DNA of 61,802 nt, filler included, from 4 parts of 4 records of this genome joined end to end with filler, not necessarily neighbours in it; one strand, 5' to 3'; numbered from the whole stretch's first letter, positions 10,737 to 21,547 are shown. Notes: generated by a model not told the origin, from the letters alone. A program made the numbers and translations.

Positions 10737-11555
10737 TTACCACTCCCAAAGGGAGTTTTCATATTCTAGCAATTTGTATTCAAAATTGAGCGCATCCACA
10801 TAAGCCTGCATCTCTGGATTAGGATGATCAACAGCTACTAAATCGGCAATCAAAGCTTCTTCAGAGTTTGTGAATTTTCTTACCACAGATCTAAACAACC
10901 TAGTCTCAAATGCCTGATCATAAGTTAAGCTCCTCGCCTGATTTTGAAAATTAATCCATCTAGCATCAGGATGATCTTTGAAATGATTGTAGAAGTCTTT
11001 GTAACGAATGAAAGCAATTGTCTTCTGTCCTGCATTGGAATTTGTCTCTGACGGCATGACTAATTCAAGGTATTTGATATCAAATACCATGTCTGAATGA
11101 TGTTTATCAAAAACAAAATCTTCCTTGAAATCCAAATAGTACAATTGTTTTGAGAAGATACTATCTCCAGTCGCATTCAACCAGAAATTCTCTTGAAATT
11201 CAGCTATTGACAATGGCTGAGTGAAATCCTCATCAGCGAAAACTTCTAAAGCATTCTCCTCTACGATAGCATCATAAATCTGATTAACAATACCATTACT
11301 TTTGGTATCTCCAGAGCCATAAAGAGGCATATTATACTTTTCACGGAGATCAATCCTTCTCCAAACACCTATTTGATACATTTTATCATCTTCTCTGATT
11401 CTTTTAGCAGAGTAGATGGTATCCATGTCAAACTGACGATCCCCATACCCAGATGGACTAACGCTTGTAGCAGGGATTTGCGCCTGACTCACAAGAGGCG
11501 AAAATCCCCCGGCTATAAGCAAGGATAGGATTAATTTTGGAAGATACTTTTTCAT
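10737..11555 (-). CDS. gldN: Gliding motility/T9SS periplasmic protein GldN (PorN)
   Basis: VWRRIDLREKYNMPLY, EDFVFDK, C-terminal LLEYENSLWEW; last gene of gldKLM cluster. Confidence 0.9.
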   Translation of the reverse strand: MKKYLPKLILSLLIAGGFSPLVSQAQIPATSVSPSGYGDRQFDMDTIYSAKRIREDDKMYQIGVWRRIDLREKYNMPLYGSGDTKSNGIVNQIYDAIVEENALEVFADEDFTQPLSIAEFQENFWLNATGDSIFSKQLYYLDFKEDFVFDKHHSDMVFDIKYLELVMPSETNSNAGQKTIAFIRYKDFYNHFKDHPDARWINFQNQARSLTYDQAFETRLFRSVVRKFTNSEEALIADLVAVDHPNPEMQAYVDALNFEYKLLEYENSLWEW

Positions 11556-11587
11556 AATTATTCGTTTATGTTAATCCAAAACTCGAA

Positions 11588-13201
11588 TTACTTAACTCGA
11601 ATAGTGACAACTTGTCTTAATTCTGAAGGAATTTTATTTCCTCTGAAATTTGTCCTAGTTACTTGTCTAATTTCAAACACCACAACATCTCCAGCTCTAG
11701 CGCTTTCCAATAACGAACGCATCGCTAAACTATTGCCATTAGATATAGGCGTAGTTTGTCTAGGTACTTCATTTCTCAACAGTCTCATTTCACCACCAGT
11801 TACCTCGAAGGTAGCATCCTTTGCCATTGTTCTAGCAAAAGTTGGTTCTGCCTTAGCTAGCATTTTAAGTCCCATTAGAGAACTGATTGCTTGTGCTTGA
11901 CTTAGGTCAATTTCAGTACCATTAGATGAAGCTGGTACTAAGCTAGGCAAAGGAACTGGCTTAATATCATAATCCACTGTACCGATTTTATTTCCTCCAC
12001 TACTAACTCCAATATTTACCTTTCCAGATGCACCTGGAATTACAGTTAATTGACCAGGTTTATTTCCTTTAATAGCTTGCCCATTACTTACTGCGAATTC
12101 TGGTGAATAAGTGTTTCCTAGAGCGGGAACCTCAATCAAAAGCTCATTTGCACAATCCGCATAAAGCTGTTGTACAACTTCTGAGGAAACTTTAATTACG
12201 GGCTGAGCTACGAAGTACTCATATTCAACTGGTAGCACTTTATCTTCTCCACCTACATTGGTGATAATCTCACCGTTGATTACTCTTCTAGCTAATCCTC
12301 TATCATCATACTCAGAAGCTGGAGTTACATTAAATTCAATTTTACCAAACCCAGTAGCATCTACAGGCACCGCACGACCATCAATAGTCATAGTCGGCAC
12401 TGAAGCTGTTGAACTTGAAGCGATAAACATATCAGCTTCGAACTTTGTACCAGCTGCTACAACATTAGATAATGCAGCAATTCTTGCTTCAGTAACGTCA
12501 GCTTTGAAAAAGAATGAACCAATTGTATTCTGTACCGCAGTTAGTGACTCACTTTCAATATTCAAAACTTCGTTTTGGTATTGTGAAATCAAAGCAATTA
12601 CAGCACCAACTGGAGATTTAACGAAATTCAATGCAACAAAGTCCTTATTTCTTGCTTCTCTGTCATTTGCGAAAAGCTCGATTTCAGATGCATCCTTAGC
12701 GATGTCATCAAATTTGAGATCAGAAAGTCCTACTGAGCTTAAAATTTCGGATATCTTGGCAGGATAAGCATTTAATTTTTGCTTCATCTCTTCTCCTTTA
12801 CCATTATTGGCAAATAGATTACCAGTAATCTCTGTATTTTTAAGTTGCGCGTTTACGTAGTTGCCTTCGTCATTTTTAGCATTGGACTGCGTAATCAAAT
12901 CCTGCTTAAGCTGCTCCAAATAATCAAAGGTTTCTTTCGTAGCTTCTCGAATCTGGTTTGCTGCAGCAACTTTTGGCACATCCACTTCTTTGTTTCCTTG
13001 TTGATCTACCGTGTACTCTATCGATTCAACCGTTTTCTGGTTTTTATTGATGAAATTTCGGGAAGTCCTTTCCATTCCATCGTTAATCAATACAAATTTT
13101 TGGAGGATTTGGTTGCTTACCTGTAGGGCCAAAAGGGCCGTCAAAACCAGGTACATCATACCAATCATCCGCTGTCTAGGTGTCTCTTTAGCTCCTGCCA
13201 T
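11588..13201 (-). CDS. gldM: Gliding motility/T9SS motor protein GldM (PorM)
   Basis: MAGAKETPRQRMIGMMYLVLTALLALQVS hallmark N-terminus. Confidence 0.96.
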   Translation of the reverse strand: MAGAKETPRQRMIGMMYLVLTALLALQVSNQILQKFVLINDGMERTSRNFINKNQKTVESIEYTVDQQGNKEVDVPKVAAANQIREATKETFDYLEQLKQDLITQSNAKNDEGNYVNAQLKNTEITGNLFANNGKGEEMKQKLNAYPAKISEILSSVGLSDLKFDDIAKDASEIELFANDREARNKDFVALNFVKSPVGAVIALISQYQNEVLNIESESLTAVQNTIGSFFFKADVTEARIAALSNVVAAGTKFEADMFIASSSTASVPTMTIDGRAVPVDATGFGKIEFNVTPASEYDDRGLARRVINGEIITNVGGEDKVLPVEYEYFVAQPVIKVSSEVVQQLYADCANELLIEVPALGNTYSPEFAVSNGQAIKGNKPGQLTVIPGASGKVNIGVSSGGNKIGTVDYDIKPVPLPSLVPASSNGTEIDLSQAQAISSLMGLKMLAKAEPTFARTMAKDATFEVTGGEMRLLRNEVPRQTTPISNGNSLAMRSLLESARAGDVVVFEIRQVTRTNFRGNKIPSELRQVVTIRVK

Positions 13202-13241
13202 TTTTAAGTTTTAATGGATTTTAAAATGAATTGAAGAGAAA

Positions 13242-14048
13242 TTAACCTTTCATAGCGGATAGCATTCCACCATAGATTTTATTCAATGAACTTACGTTCT
13301 GATTCAATTTTGATAATTCTGTTTTAAATGCTTGAGTTTCTTTACCTGCTTCAGTAAGACCTTCCATAGCCGCTGTCATGTTAGCATAGAACTTATTCAA
13401 TGTTTTAACATGGCTATTGGCATCCTGAAGCTCCATCTCATAGACAGAATTAAGTGCAGAAAGATTTTTCGTTACAGTTACTACTTGAGTATGATATGCC
13501 TTGGCGTCCTGAGAAGCAGAAGACATTTCAGTCAAAGCAGCTGCAGTTTTGCTATATGAAGCATTCATATCTACCAAAGTCTTGGCAGCAGATTTAACAT
13601 TTGTTGCATATTCGTTAGTAGCTACAGCTGCATCAGAAAGATTACCCATCTTCTGAGCTGAGGTTGCTAGATTTTGCATTCCTTTACCAAGGCTCTCAAT
13701 TAATTCAGGGCCAACTTTAGCATTCGCTAGCATTTCGTCAAGCTTTTGCGAAACTTGATCGCCTCCTCCTGCTACTACTCTTTGCGCTCTTGGAGCTGCA
13801 GGTGCATCACCAGCAAGCTCTGGATATACTTTAGACCAATCCACCTCTTTATGCTGTGGCTCAAAAGCTGAAAGGAAAAATATAAATGCCTCAGTACTTA
13901 GTCCAATACCAATCATCCAGTTGGCGAATGGTAAATCTAGGATTTTAAACATCGCACCAAGAATAACGACTGCAGCACCAATACCATAAATTTTTGGCAT
14001 TATGCTGGTATAAAATGTTGCTGAAAATGAGTTGCTTTTACTAGCCAT
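13242..14048 (-). CDS. gldL: Gliding motility/T9SS motor protein GldL (PorL)
   Basis: YGIGAAVVILGAMFKI, TEAFIFFLSAFEP, DWSKVYPEL, C-terminal IYGGMLSAM. Confidence 0.96.
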   Translation of the reverse strand: MASKSNSFSATFYTSIMPKIYGIGAAVVILGAMFKILDLPFANWMIGIGLSTEAFIFFLSAFEPQHKEVDWSKVYPELAGDAPAAPRAQRVVAGGGDQVSQKLDEMLANAKVGPELIESLGKGMQNLATSAQKMGNLSDAAVATNEYATNVKSAAKTLVDMNASYSKTAAALTEMSSASQDAKAYHTQVVTVTKNLSALNSVYEMELQDANSHVKTLNKFYANMTAAMEGLTEAGKETQAFKTELSKLNQNVSSLNKIYGGMLSAMKG

Positions 14049-14100
14049 GTGAAATGATATAATAAGGTGTTAGGTAGTTGTTTTTGCTAAATTAAATTAA

Positions 14101-15219
14101 TTATCTTCTTCTTCTAGTTGAATTTTTTACATCCATTGATCCTGAACGGCCAATAAACGTCATCTTAGTTCTGAATCCAATATGCGCTTGCGCAACATCT
14201 TCATATTCGTAAGTTCGGGTACTTGTCTCTAAGTAATGAGCGATATCTTTCCAGCTACCACCTCTTACAACTTTTCTTGGTTCGTTCGGGTCTGTGTAAA
14301 CTGGATTCAAATCCCAGGTGATTGAACTAGATGTAGTAGCATAGGCGTCTAGCACCCACTCCGCCACATTACCTGACATATTATATAATCCATAACCATT
14401 TGGAGCAAAAACATCAACAGGCGCTGTATATGCAAAGCCATCATCGATGTAATTACCACGACCAGGTTTGAAGTTAGCCATCAAGCAACCTCTCTTGTTC
14501 TTCAAGTACGGACCACCCCAAGGATATTTAGCTACATCTTTACCTCCTTTAGCAGCGTATTCCCACTCAGCCTCAGAAGGAAGTTCAAATGCAGGCCCAT
14601 CAAAATCAACCTCGTCATTTGCCCTCATGTGGTAAGTTTTCCATTCACAGTATTTTTTAGCCTGATCCCAAGTTACCCCTACCACTGGATAGTTGTCAAA
14701 TGCCGGATGATCAAAATAAAATTCCATCAATGGGTCTCCATAATGGTATGCAAAGCTTGTAGACCAAACAGTGGTATCTGGTTTAAGCTCATCATAATTT
14801 AATTGAGGAGGATCTTTTAAAGTAGTTGGAGTACCTGTTTCATATGTCCCGCTTTTTACAGCTTCTAAAAATTGACGGTACTTATTATTAGACACTTCAT
14901 ATTTGTCCATGAAAAATTCTGAAATGGTTATTTGCTTGTTCAATGCAGATTGCGAGAATGCAATATCTTCATCGGCTTGCCCCATCCAGAATGTTCCAGC
15001 TTTTACCGGAACCATGTCATAAGGAAGATTTTGTTGCCAGTTTTCACGCTTAGGAACACCTGTTACCTCTCCTCTTCTATTCATCTTTTCACTAGCCGAA
15101 CCTTTTTTACTAAAAAGACCGCAACTAGGTAAAAGTGTCACTAGTGCCAACCCTAAAGTAAGAGGCAATAAGCGAACATTCATTTTTTTATACATAAATG
15201 ACGTTTTTTCGTTCATCAA
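14101..15219 (-). CDS. gldK: Gliding motility/T9SS lipoprotein GldK (PorK), FGE-sulfatase fold
   Basis: Lipobox LLPSC, YPVVGVTWDQA, LPSEAEWEYAA, GLYNMSGNVAEW, RGGSWKD; the true start may be a downstream Met. Confidence 0.92.
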   Translation of the reverse strand: MMNEKTSFMYKKMNVRLLPLTLGLALVTLLPSCGLFSKKGSASEKMNRRGEVTGVPKRENWQQNLPYDMVPVKAGTFWMGQADEDIAFSQSALNKQITISEFFMDKYEVSNNKYRQFLEAVKSGTYETGTPTTLKDPPQLNYDELKPDTTVWSTSFAYHYGDPLMEFYFDHPAFDNYPVVGVTWDQAKKYCEWKTYHMRANDEVDFDGPAFELPSEAEWEYAAKGGKDVAKYPWGGPYLKNKRGCLMANFKPGRGNYIDDGFAYTAPVDVFAPNGYGLYNMSGNVAEWVLDAYATTSSSITWDLNPVYTDPNEPRKVVRGGSWKDIAHYLETSTRTYEYEDVAQAHIGFRTKMTFIGRSGSMDVKNSTRRRR

Positions 15220-15362
15220 ATAATTACGATGTGTAAAGTATTTTCAAGATTCGAAATTTAGCTGAATTTGGCACAATAATGCAAATAACCTGCCAAAATA
15301 TAGGAATTGATATTCTGTTGCTCATCTATTACAACTATTGTTCCTATTGAATTTCAGCTAAT

Positions 15363-16343
15363 TTAAAACCTAAACCTCGGTGTTCTTTGTATCACTCGTT
15401 GTATTTCTCTACTTACATTAGATAAAGTGTAGCGAAGCATAAGTTCGTGACTTGTCGGAGATTTAGCTTCTACACCGCTAAATACCAAATCGAAGGCATA
15501 GCCCAATTTCAATGAATTATCTTTTAATAGGGAATAGCCTAAGATTAATGAAACTGATTCTTCCCCTCTAAATCCTATCCCCCCACTTATTTTATTCTGA
15601 TGAGTAGCAATAACGCTAGCCTCATAAGAAAAATTATTAAATGACACTGATTTTAATAGGAAACTAGGTTCAATTACTAATTGCCCTACCGGTCTAAACC
15701 TATATCCCAAGAGCAAATACGAATGATTTTTCAATTGATTCGAATAAGAACCATCCCCAAAATCAAAATTAGGCTCATTTATATGTCTACTACTGAGACC
15801 TATATAATAATTTCGAGCATCCAGGAGTAAGCCTGCTCCAAAATTGAAATTCAATTGACTTTCTTTCCCTGCCACCGGAAGATTAGGCTCAGGATTAACA
15901 ACGATTAAATCACCATAATCTAGCGCACTGGAAAACATTCCAACATACGCCCCAACGCTTAAAGTTGATCTGTTAAGCTTTTTATGATAGGCTCCTTGTA
16001 GATTAATCTCCAAATTACTAGTCGCGCCTATTCGATCATTTACGATAGTAAGACCATATCCTATATTTTTCCCTTCTATCCTACCTTGACCAGTCACCAA
16101 TTGAGTCACAGGCGCTCCACCCTGACCAGTGGTGGTTGTATAATTTAACCATTGAGATCGATGCAGTGCAGAAAACCTAAATCCACCATCTTTGCCAGCA
16201 AATGCGGGATTGTAATACATCCCATTGTACATATACTGGGTGAATTGAGGGTCTTGCTGGGCCATCAGCGAAGAAACCTCAAAACAGAAAAACAAGAGAA
16301 ATGCGTATCTCAAAAAATTAATACAGTGGCCTCTTTTAAACAT
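15363..16343 (-). CDS. porP: T9SS outer-membrane protein PorP/SprF family
   Basis: AQQDPQFTQYMYN...NPAFAG, HRSQW, GYAFD...SHELML, ends TPRFRF; upstream of gldK. Confidence 0.92.
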   Translation of the reverse strand: MFKRGHCINFLRYAFLLFFCFEVSSLMAQQDPQFTQYMYNGMYYNPAFAGKDGGFRFSALHRSQWLNYTTTTGQGGAPVTQLVTGQGRIEGKNIGYGLTIVNDRIGATSNLEINLQGAYHKKLNRSTLSVGAYVGMFSSALDYGDLIVVNPEPNLPVAGKESQLNFNFGAGLLLDARNYYIGLSSRHINEPNFDFGDGSYSNQLKNHSYLLLGYRFRPVGQLVIEPSFLLKSVSFNNFSYEASVIATHQNKISGGIGFRGEESVSLILGYSLLKDNSLKLGYAFDLVFSGVEAKSPTSHELMLRYTLSNVSREIQRVIQRTPRFRF

Positions 16344-16419
16344 TTTATAGTGGTTTCGTCTAATATAATAACTAGTGTAAGAATTTAAACTGAAAAACCA
16401 CAGACTTAGGTTTTATGTT

Positions 16420-17193
16420 TTACAAATTATTTGCCTTTTTAATATAAAGCTCTAATGCCCCAGTCATACTTGGAGCATTTGGCATAGGTGCCTCAATGTC
16501 CAAAAACAAATCCAGATCCCTAACTGCCTGGGCTGTAGTAGGGCCAAAAGCAGCTATGCGCGTGGCGCCTTGTTCGAAATCCGGGAAGTTGATTTTCAAC
16601 GATTTAATACCTGATGGACTGAAAAAAGCTAATATATCATATTTAACATCAGCCAAATCAGACAAATCTGCTTCTAACGTATGATAAATAATAGCTTCAG
16701 TAAATGCTATCCCATTTTTTTCCATGTATTCAGGAATATCGTCTTTACGAATATCAGAACAAGGAAATAAATACTTTTCAGATTTATGTTTTTTAAAGTA
16801 ATCGAATAAATCCTGCGCAGTCTTCTGACCTACGAATAATTTACGCTTTCGGATTACAATATACTTTTGAAGGTAATGAGCAGTTTGATCTGAAATACAA
16901 AAATACTTCATGTCAGCAGGCATTTCGATTTTGAAATCCTTGCAGATCGCAAAGAAATGATCAATTGCATTACGGCTAGTGAAAATCACGGCAGTATGCT
17001 TCAAAATATCAATCTTCTGCTTGCGGAATTCCTTTGGCACTACAGGCTCCACCTTAATGAATTGACGGAAATCAATCTTCAGGTTATACTTTTCTGCCAA
17101 TTGTACGTAGGGAGAATTTGCGCCCGCTGGTGCCGGTTGAGATACTAGGATACTTTTTACTGGTCTAAACCTGTCTTTGGTAACTGTGCTCAT
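16420..17193 (-). CDS. hemD: Uroporphyrinogen-III synthase family protein
   Basis: VKSILVSQP, IFTSRNAID, FFSPSGI, AAFGPTTA motifs. Confidence 0.85.
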   Translation of the reverse strand: MSTVTKDRFRPVKSILVSQPAPAGANSPYVQLAEKYNLKIDFRQFIKVEPVVPKEFRKQKIDILKHTAVIFTSRNAIDHFFAICKDFKIEMPADMKYFCISDQTAHYLQKYIVIRKRKLFVGQKTAQDLFDYFKKHKSEKYLFPCSDIRKDDIPEYMEKNGIAFTEAIIYHTLEADLSDLADVKYDILAFFSPSGIKSLKINFPDFEQGATRIAAFGPTTAQAVRDLDLFLDIEAPMPNAPSMTGALELYIKKANNL

Positions 17194-17227
17194 GCTTCTT
17201 TATTATTCCTTTTGGTGATTTTCGAAA

Positions 17228-18355
17228 TTAATAACCCAAATCAAGCACCAATTTGGCCAAGATTAAAAAGGGCACTAATTCTGCGATGCAAAGGTAAGTA
17301 AATAAATGATATTTCTTAAAGCCCAATCTATTCACCATAATGAGGAATAATCCTAAAATGCCAAAAATATAAATCCAGAAAAACCCAGTAAATAATGCCT
17401 CCAATGCCATTTTAACTGCTGAGAATTCATTAAACAAGAAAAACGCACATCCTAAAATCAAACCTATGGTGGTAATCACTACAAGGCGGAGTAAATAAAA
17501 AAAGTGGGCAAATTCTAATTTTCCCAAATCAAAAAGATAAGATAAAATTCTGATCGCTGTAAACTTTAGTATAGTCAACACTAAAAGAAAAAGTGATCCT
17601 AATAACCATAATACTATCAGCGAATTGAAATTCAATTCCATCCTCGCTTCTAGCCACTCATGACGAAAAATAACCATCGCAGTCACCATGGCTAATGAAA
17701 GAAGCATATTTACGATAAACACATACAATAAAATATCTCCGGAAAAAAATTTCTGTAAACTCCCACTTTCGGAGAAATCTTCTGCATTAAGTAAGGAAAT
17801 AGGCTTGATCATCATGGCAAAAATGAAAGGATATGCCAGTTTATATAGAGTAATTAATAATAAGCAGGATATCATCCCTACTATGAAGAAATCACGGATA
17901 ACTTGCCGATTAAATTCTCTTTTATTAAACAAAAAACCTTCGCCAGTAGAAATGGTCCCTAACAGCTCAGACTTCAAAACCTTCATTACACTTGCCTGGT
18001 CTGAAGAAATCCCGTTTTTAAAAACTGTCAAACTTACTTTTGACTTCGAAAATTCCCTTTGTAATTCATTCACTTGCTCGTTAAAAGCAGTGTCCTTATC
18101 TGTAAAAAACCATAATTTTTCCCCAACAAAAACTACAGAATGGTCTGGAATCTCAAATGAAAAGTAGGCCAATGGAAATGTTTCCAGATCCAATTCCAAA
18201 ATCAATCTGTCATTTGAACTAAACCAAGTCTCTCGCTCACCTTCTTGCCATTTTGGATTGTAATCTTCCAAAATCTGAGAAAACGCAACTTGGCTAAGAG
18301 CCAAAAGAAGGGTAATTAATACTATTGACTTGCTGATCAATTTTTTCATACTCAA
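17228..18355 (-). CDS. Membrane protein, DUF4271-like
   Basis: Signal peptide, soluble domain, about 6 TMs, C-terminal HLFTYLCIAELVP; directly upstream of hemD. Confidence 0.7.
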   Translation of the reverse strand: MSMKKLISKSIVLITLLLALSQVAFSQILEDYNPKWQEGERETWFSSNDRLILELDLETFPLAYFSFEIPDHSVVFVGEKLWFFTDKDTAFNEQVNELQREFSKSKVSLTVFKNGISSDQASVMKVLKSELLGTISTGEGFLFNKREFNRQVIRDFFIVGMISCLLLITLYKLAYPFIFAMMIKPISLLNAEDFSESGSLQKFFSGDILLYVFIVNMLLSLAMVTAMVIFRHEWLEARMELNFNSLIVLWLLGSLFLLVLTILKFTAIRILSYLFDLGKLEFAHFFYLLRLVVITTIGLILGCAFFLFNEFSAVKMALEALFTGFFWIYIFGILGLFLIMVNRLGFKKYHLFTYLCIAELVPFLILAKLVLDLGY

Positions 18356-20055
18356 AATCTGGCTAGGTAGCCAAAATGTATCCTAGAATAGGAGAATTGT
18401 AAGGGTTGAAGATTCGATTTTCCAACTCCATAAATAAATCGAAAGATACCTGATCCTGTATCAAGATTGATCCCAGCACCAAATGAAATCGGTTTATCAA
18501 TGGAAGTTGCAAAGTACGGGTTTTCCACAATCCCAAAGTCAGCAAAAACCATGAGAAATGAGTTTTCCCCAAAAAAAAGTCTCTGCTCCATATTTATGTA
18601 CCCGTATGATTTAGCAAAAAAGTAGTTCTCATTAAATCCACGTATACTTTTCAAACCTCCCAAACGGAAAAGGTCATTAAGCAGAAGGTTTTCATTTTGT
18701 GTAAAAGCCCCACTGCCTTTCAACCACATCCCCCATGTTGGCCTTAGGTAAATATGCTTTTCCACCTCCAGCTTACCCAGGTACTGTGGACTATTCAAAT
18801 CAAGATTATCATATACCTCAGGTGGAAACCCTGTGTTTTCTAAAATCCTCTTATTGCCCAAGGCAAATTCACTGGTAATCAGAAAGCCTCTTCTTGTAAA
18901 AAATGGTGAATCTCTCCTATCCAAAGCCCAGCCAATCCCATATTGGTTCCAGCGATAGTCTGCCACCTCAGGTAATTCGGTCACCTCATCAAAGGCTTCT
19001 GTGTCTAGCAAATCGCTGGATTGCCTCTTAGTAAAAAACCGTAGATAACTAGTTTGACTCATATGGTACCCAAAATCTAAACTTAAATACCTATTCAAAA
19101 AGGTAGAATCTTGCTTTAGCAAGCTGAAACCTAAGCTTACGTCCAAAGGAGAATTAAAAACAAAAGACTCTTTTGCGGATATTTCCAGCGATTGGGTCGC
19201 AATATTCAGTCGCTTCCAATGAAGAGCCAGATCTCTTCCTTTCCCTCCAAGATGGTATAATTCCAAATCCAATTGTCCAGTGATCAGCATCTTACCTGGT
19301 TCATTCTGATTGGGAAGCAACCCTATTATTCCATCCAGAACATTGGTATTTCTGTCCCTCAAAGTAAAAGTTGGTTGTGCTTTTTGTACTTGAAAATCGA
19401 CCTGCGGAAATTGGTTCTGCACAAAATAGGGGGATCGGGAGAGCACTTGATTTGCTTCATTGAGTTGTTTTTGGGAAAAAGGCGTCCCAGGCTGGATTCC
19501 CGTGATATTTTGCAAATACCTTTCCTGGGTCTTGGTATCGCCGGCTACTTTCACACTATCCCATAGAATCAAAGGACCTGAGTCATAGTTGAAAACAGCT
19601 GAAAGCAAGTTTCCATGCCGCTGAATACTGTCAAGTTTGACTTGCGCAAAAGGAAACCCCTTGTTCTCTGCCTTCGAAACTACCTCATGCATCCACCTTG
19701 AGGCAGAATTGTATTCCGCTGTAATAGGATCAATATTATTAGAAAATTCTTCAGGAACATTTCCCAAAGAAATCTCCTGCCAAGTGTACTTTTCCCCAAG
19801 GATTATAGTTACGCTCAAAGAATCGCTTGAAACATTCTCTTCTTGCGAGAAAAGAGAAAGATATCCAAGATGTTGAAGCGAGTGCTCAAGAGAATCGAGA
19901 TATCTTTCCGCTTCTAACTTGTTAATAAATGTAGCCCAATCAGCAGATTGTAGGGGCGGATCAGTTGTCCATTTTAGCCAATAAGCACCTTGAGCTTTGC
20001 ATAGCTGTCCTCCGGCAATAAAAAAAAGAAGTGACGCCAAAAGGAAGGTTTTCAA
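18352..20055 (-). CDS. Omp85 (BamA/TamA-like) outer-membrane protein with POTRA-like domain
   Basis: ENKGFPFAQV POTRA-like segment, FRLGGLKSIRGF lid-lock motif, C-terminal HFGYLARF beta-signal. Confidence 0.85.
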   Translation of the reverse strand: MKTFLLASLLFFIAGGQLCKAQGAYWLKWTTDPPLQSADWATFINKLEAERYLDSLEHSLQHLGYLSLFSQEENVSSDSLSVTIILGEKYTWQEISLGNVPEEFSNNIDPITAEYNSASRWMHEVVSKAENKGFPFAQVKLDSIQRHGNLLSAVFNYDSGPLILWDSVKVAGDTKTQERYLQNITGIQPGTPFSQKQLNEANQVLSRSPYFVQNQFPQVDFQVQKAQPTFTLRDRNTNVLDGIIGLLPNQNEPGKMLITGQLDLELYHLGGKGRDLALHWKRLNIATQSLEISAKESFVFNSPLDVSLGFSLLKQDSTFLNRYLSLDFGYHMSQTSYLRFFTKRQSSDLLDTEAFDEVTELPEVADYRWNQYGIGWALDRRDSPFFTRRGFLITSEFALGNKRILENTGFPPEVYDNLDLNSPQYLGKLEVEKHIYLRPTWGMWLKGSGAFTQNENLLLNDLFRLGGLKSIRGFNENYFFAKSYGYINMEQRLFFGENSFLMVFADFGIVENPYFATSIDKPISFGAGINLDTGSGIFRFIYGVGKSNLQPLQFSYSRIHFGYLARF

Positions 20056-20101
20056 AGGGATCTTTGGGAATGATTATATTCGCAAAATAATAGAATTCAC
20101 A

Positions 20102-21223
20102 TTGGCTGGCATATACATCCACATTCCTTTTTGCAGGCAGGCATGCCATTATTGCGATTTCCACTTCAGCACAAATCTTGACCGAATGGAGCAGATGGCT
20201 AATATGATCTGCCAGGAAATTGAAATAAGAGCTAATTACCTTCCGGACAAGACTCTGGAAACAGTCTATTTTGGAGGAGGAACTCCTTCACTGTTACCCC
20301 CAACTTCAATTGATAAGATTCTAAATCAAATTGCTCTTACTTTCAATTCTGATTGGAAAGAGGTCACCCTAGAGGCAAATCCTGATGATTTGAACGAAAA
20401 CAATCTTCGCGCTTGGAAGAGTCTCGGCATTGATCGACTAAGTCTGGGAATCCAGAGTTTTGATGAGCAGGTATTGAAATTCTATAATCGTGCACATACT
20501 GCAAAGGAGTCTAAATCCGCTATTGCAAAAGCTAGAAAAATTGGTTTTGAGAAATTCAGCCTAGACTTGATATATGGCTTTCCACAACCTGACCATGAGC
20601 TTTGGAAGCGAGATTTATCAGAAGCAATTAAGCAAAACCCCGGACATATTTCTAGCTATGCACTCACAGTGGAGTCAAAAACTGCACTTGGCAACTGGGT
20701 AAACAAAGGCACCTTCAAGCCAGCTGAGGAGGATTTTGTCGCCGACCAATTCGAAATCTTACAAGAACAAACTGAAAAAGCCGGATATATCCAATATGAG
20801 GTATCTAACTTTGGTATGCCTGACCAATTTGCCCTGCATAATACCAATTACTGGAAAGGCGTTCCCTATTTAGGCATTGGCCCCAGTGCGCATTCTTTTG
20901 ATGGACAAAACAGAGGAGCAAATCCCTCAAATAATTCCCTTTACCTAAAAAGTATGGAAAGCGGTGCTATCCCATTCGTAGTAGATAATCTTTCTGCTGA
21001 TGATAGATTAAACGAATCCATCCTTACAGGACTAAGGACCTTGTGGGGAATAGATCTCGAAGAAATAAACAACGTTTTCGGCATAGATCTCTTGACGTCT
21101 AAAAAAGTTATTTTATCTAAGATGGATTCTGAAGGCTGGCTTATTTGGAAGGATAAAAACCTATCTTTGAGCAAAAGCGGAAAACTACTTGCGGACAGTA
21201 TAGCAGAAGCACTTTTCGTTTAA
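20102..21223 (+). CDS. hemW: Radical SAM heme chaperone HemW (HemN-like)
   Basis: YIHIPFCRQACHYCDF, YFGGGTPS, YEVSNF, HNTNYW. Start reassigned to TTG 20102 because the track start 19997 overlaps the divergent gene. Confidence 0.9.
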   Translation: MAGIYIHIPFCRQACHYCDFHFSTNLDRMEQMANMICQEIEIRANYLPDKTLETVYFGGGTPSLLPPTSIDKILNQIALTFNSDWKEVTLEANPDDLNENNLRAWKSLGIDRLSLGIQSFDEQVLKFYNRAHTAKESKSAIAKARKIGFEKFSLDLIYGFPQPDHELWKRDLSEAIKQNPGHISSYALTVESKTALGNWVNKGTFKPAEEDFVADQFEILQEQTEKAGYIQYEVSNFGMPDQFALHNTNYWKGVPYLGIGPSAHSFDGQNRGANPSNNSLYLKSMESGAIPFVVDNLSADDRLNESILTGLRTLWGIDLEEINNVFGIDLLTSKKVILSKMDSEGWLIWKDKNLSLSKSGKLLADSIAEALFV

Positions 21224-21226
21224 GAA

Positions 21227-21547
21227 ATGACAATTATGGGGAGAGACGGATATTATAGCAGAAAAAAAGAAGTTGCACCACTCGAGTCAGCTTTCAACGA
21301 TCTACTCAAAGCATACCGGTTAGAAGGTAAATTCAAAGAAAAGTCCTTGGTCCATGATTGGCCTGAAATCGTAGGGAAAACCATCGCGGATCGGTCTACA
21401 TCGGTTTTTATCCGAGACAAAAAACTCTTTGTGAAACTAAGTTCAGGGCCAATCAAGAAAGAATTACTGATGAATAAGAGTAAGGTACTCAGTCTTATCG
21501 AAGAGAAATACGGTACTGGTGTGATCGAAGACTTAGTCTGTATGTAA
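21227..21547 (+). CDS. DUF721 (DciA-like) protein
   Basis: WPEIVGKTIADRS...LFVKLSSGPIKKELL pattern. Confidence 0.75.
   Translation: MTIMGRDGYYSRKKEVAPLESAFNDLLKAYRLEGKFKEKSLVHDWPEIVGKTIADRSTSVFIRDKKLFVKLSSGPIKKELLMNKSKVLSLIEEKYGTGVIEDLVCM

Noticed and set aside
15269-15282. TGGCAC...TGC resembling a sigma54 promoter near gldK
   Set aside because: GG-to-GC spacing is 9 rather than 10 and it points away from gldK
15300-15357. ATAGGAA...TTCCTAT imperfect inverted repeat between porP and gldK
   Set aside because: Weak AT-rich stem with poor internal pairing; not distinguishable from chance
19997-20101. N-terminal extension of hemW in the ORF track
   Set aside because: Overlaps the divergent Omp85 start; family similarity begins at TTG 20102
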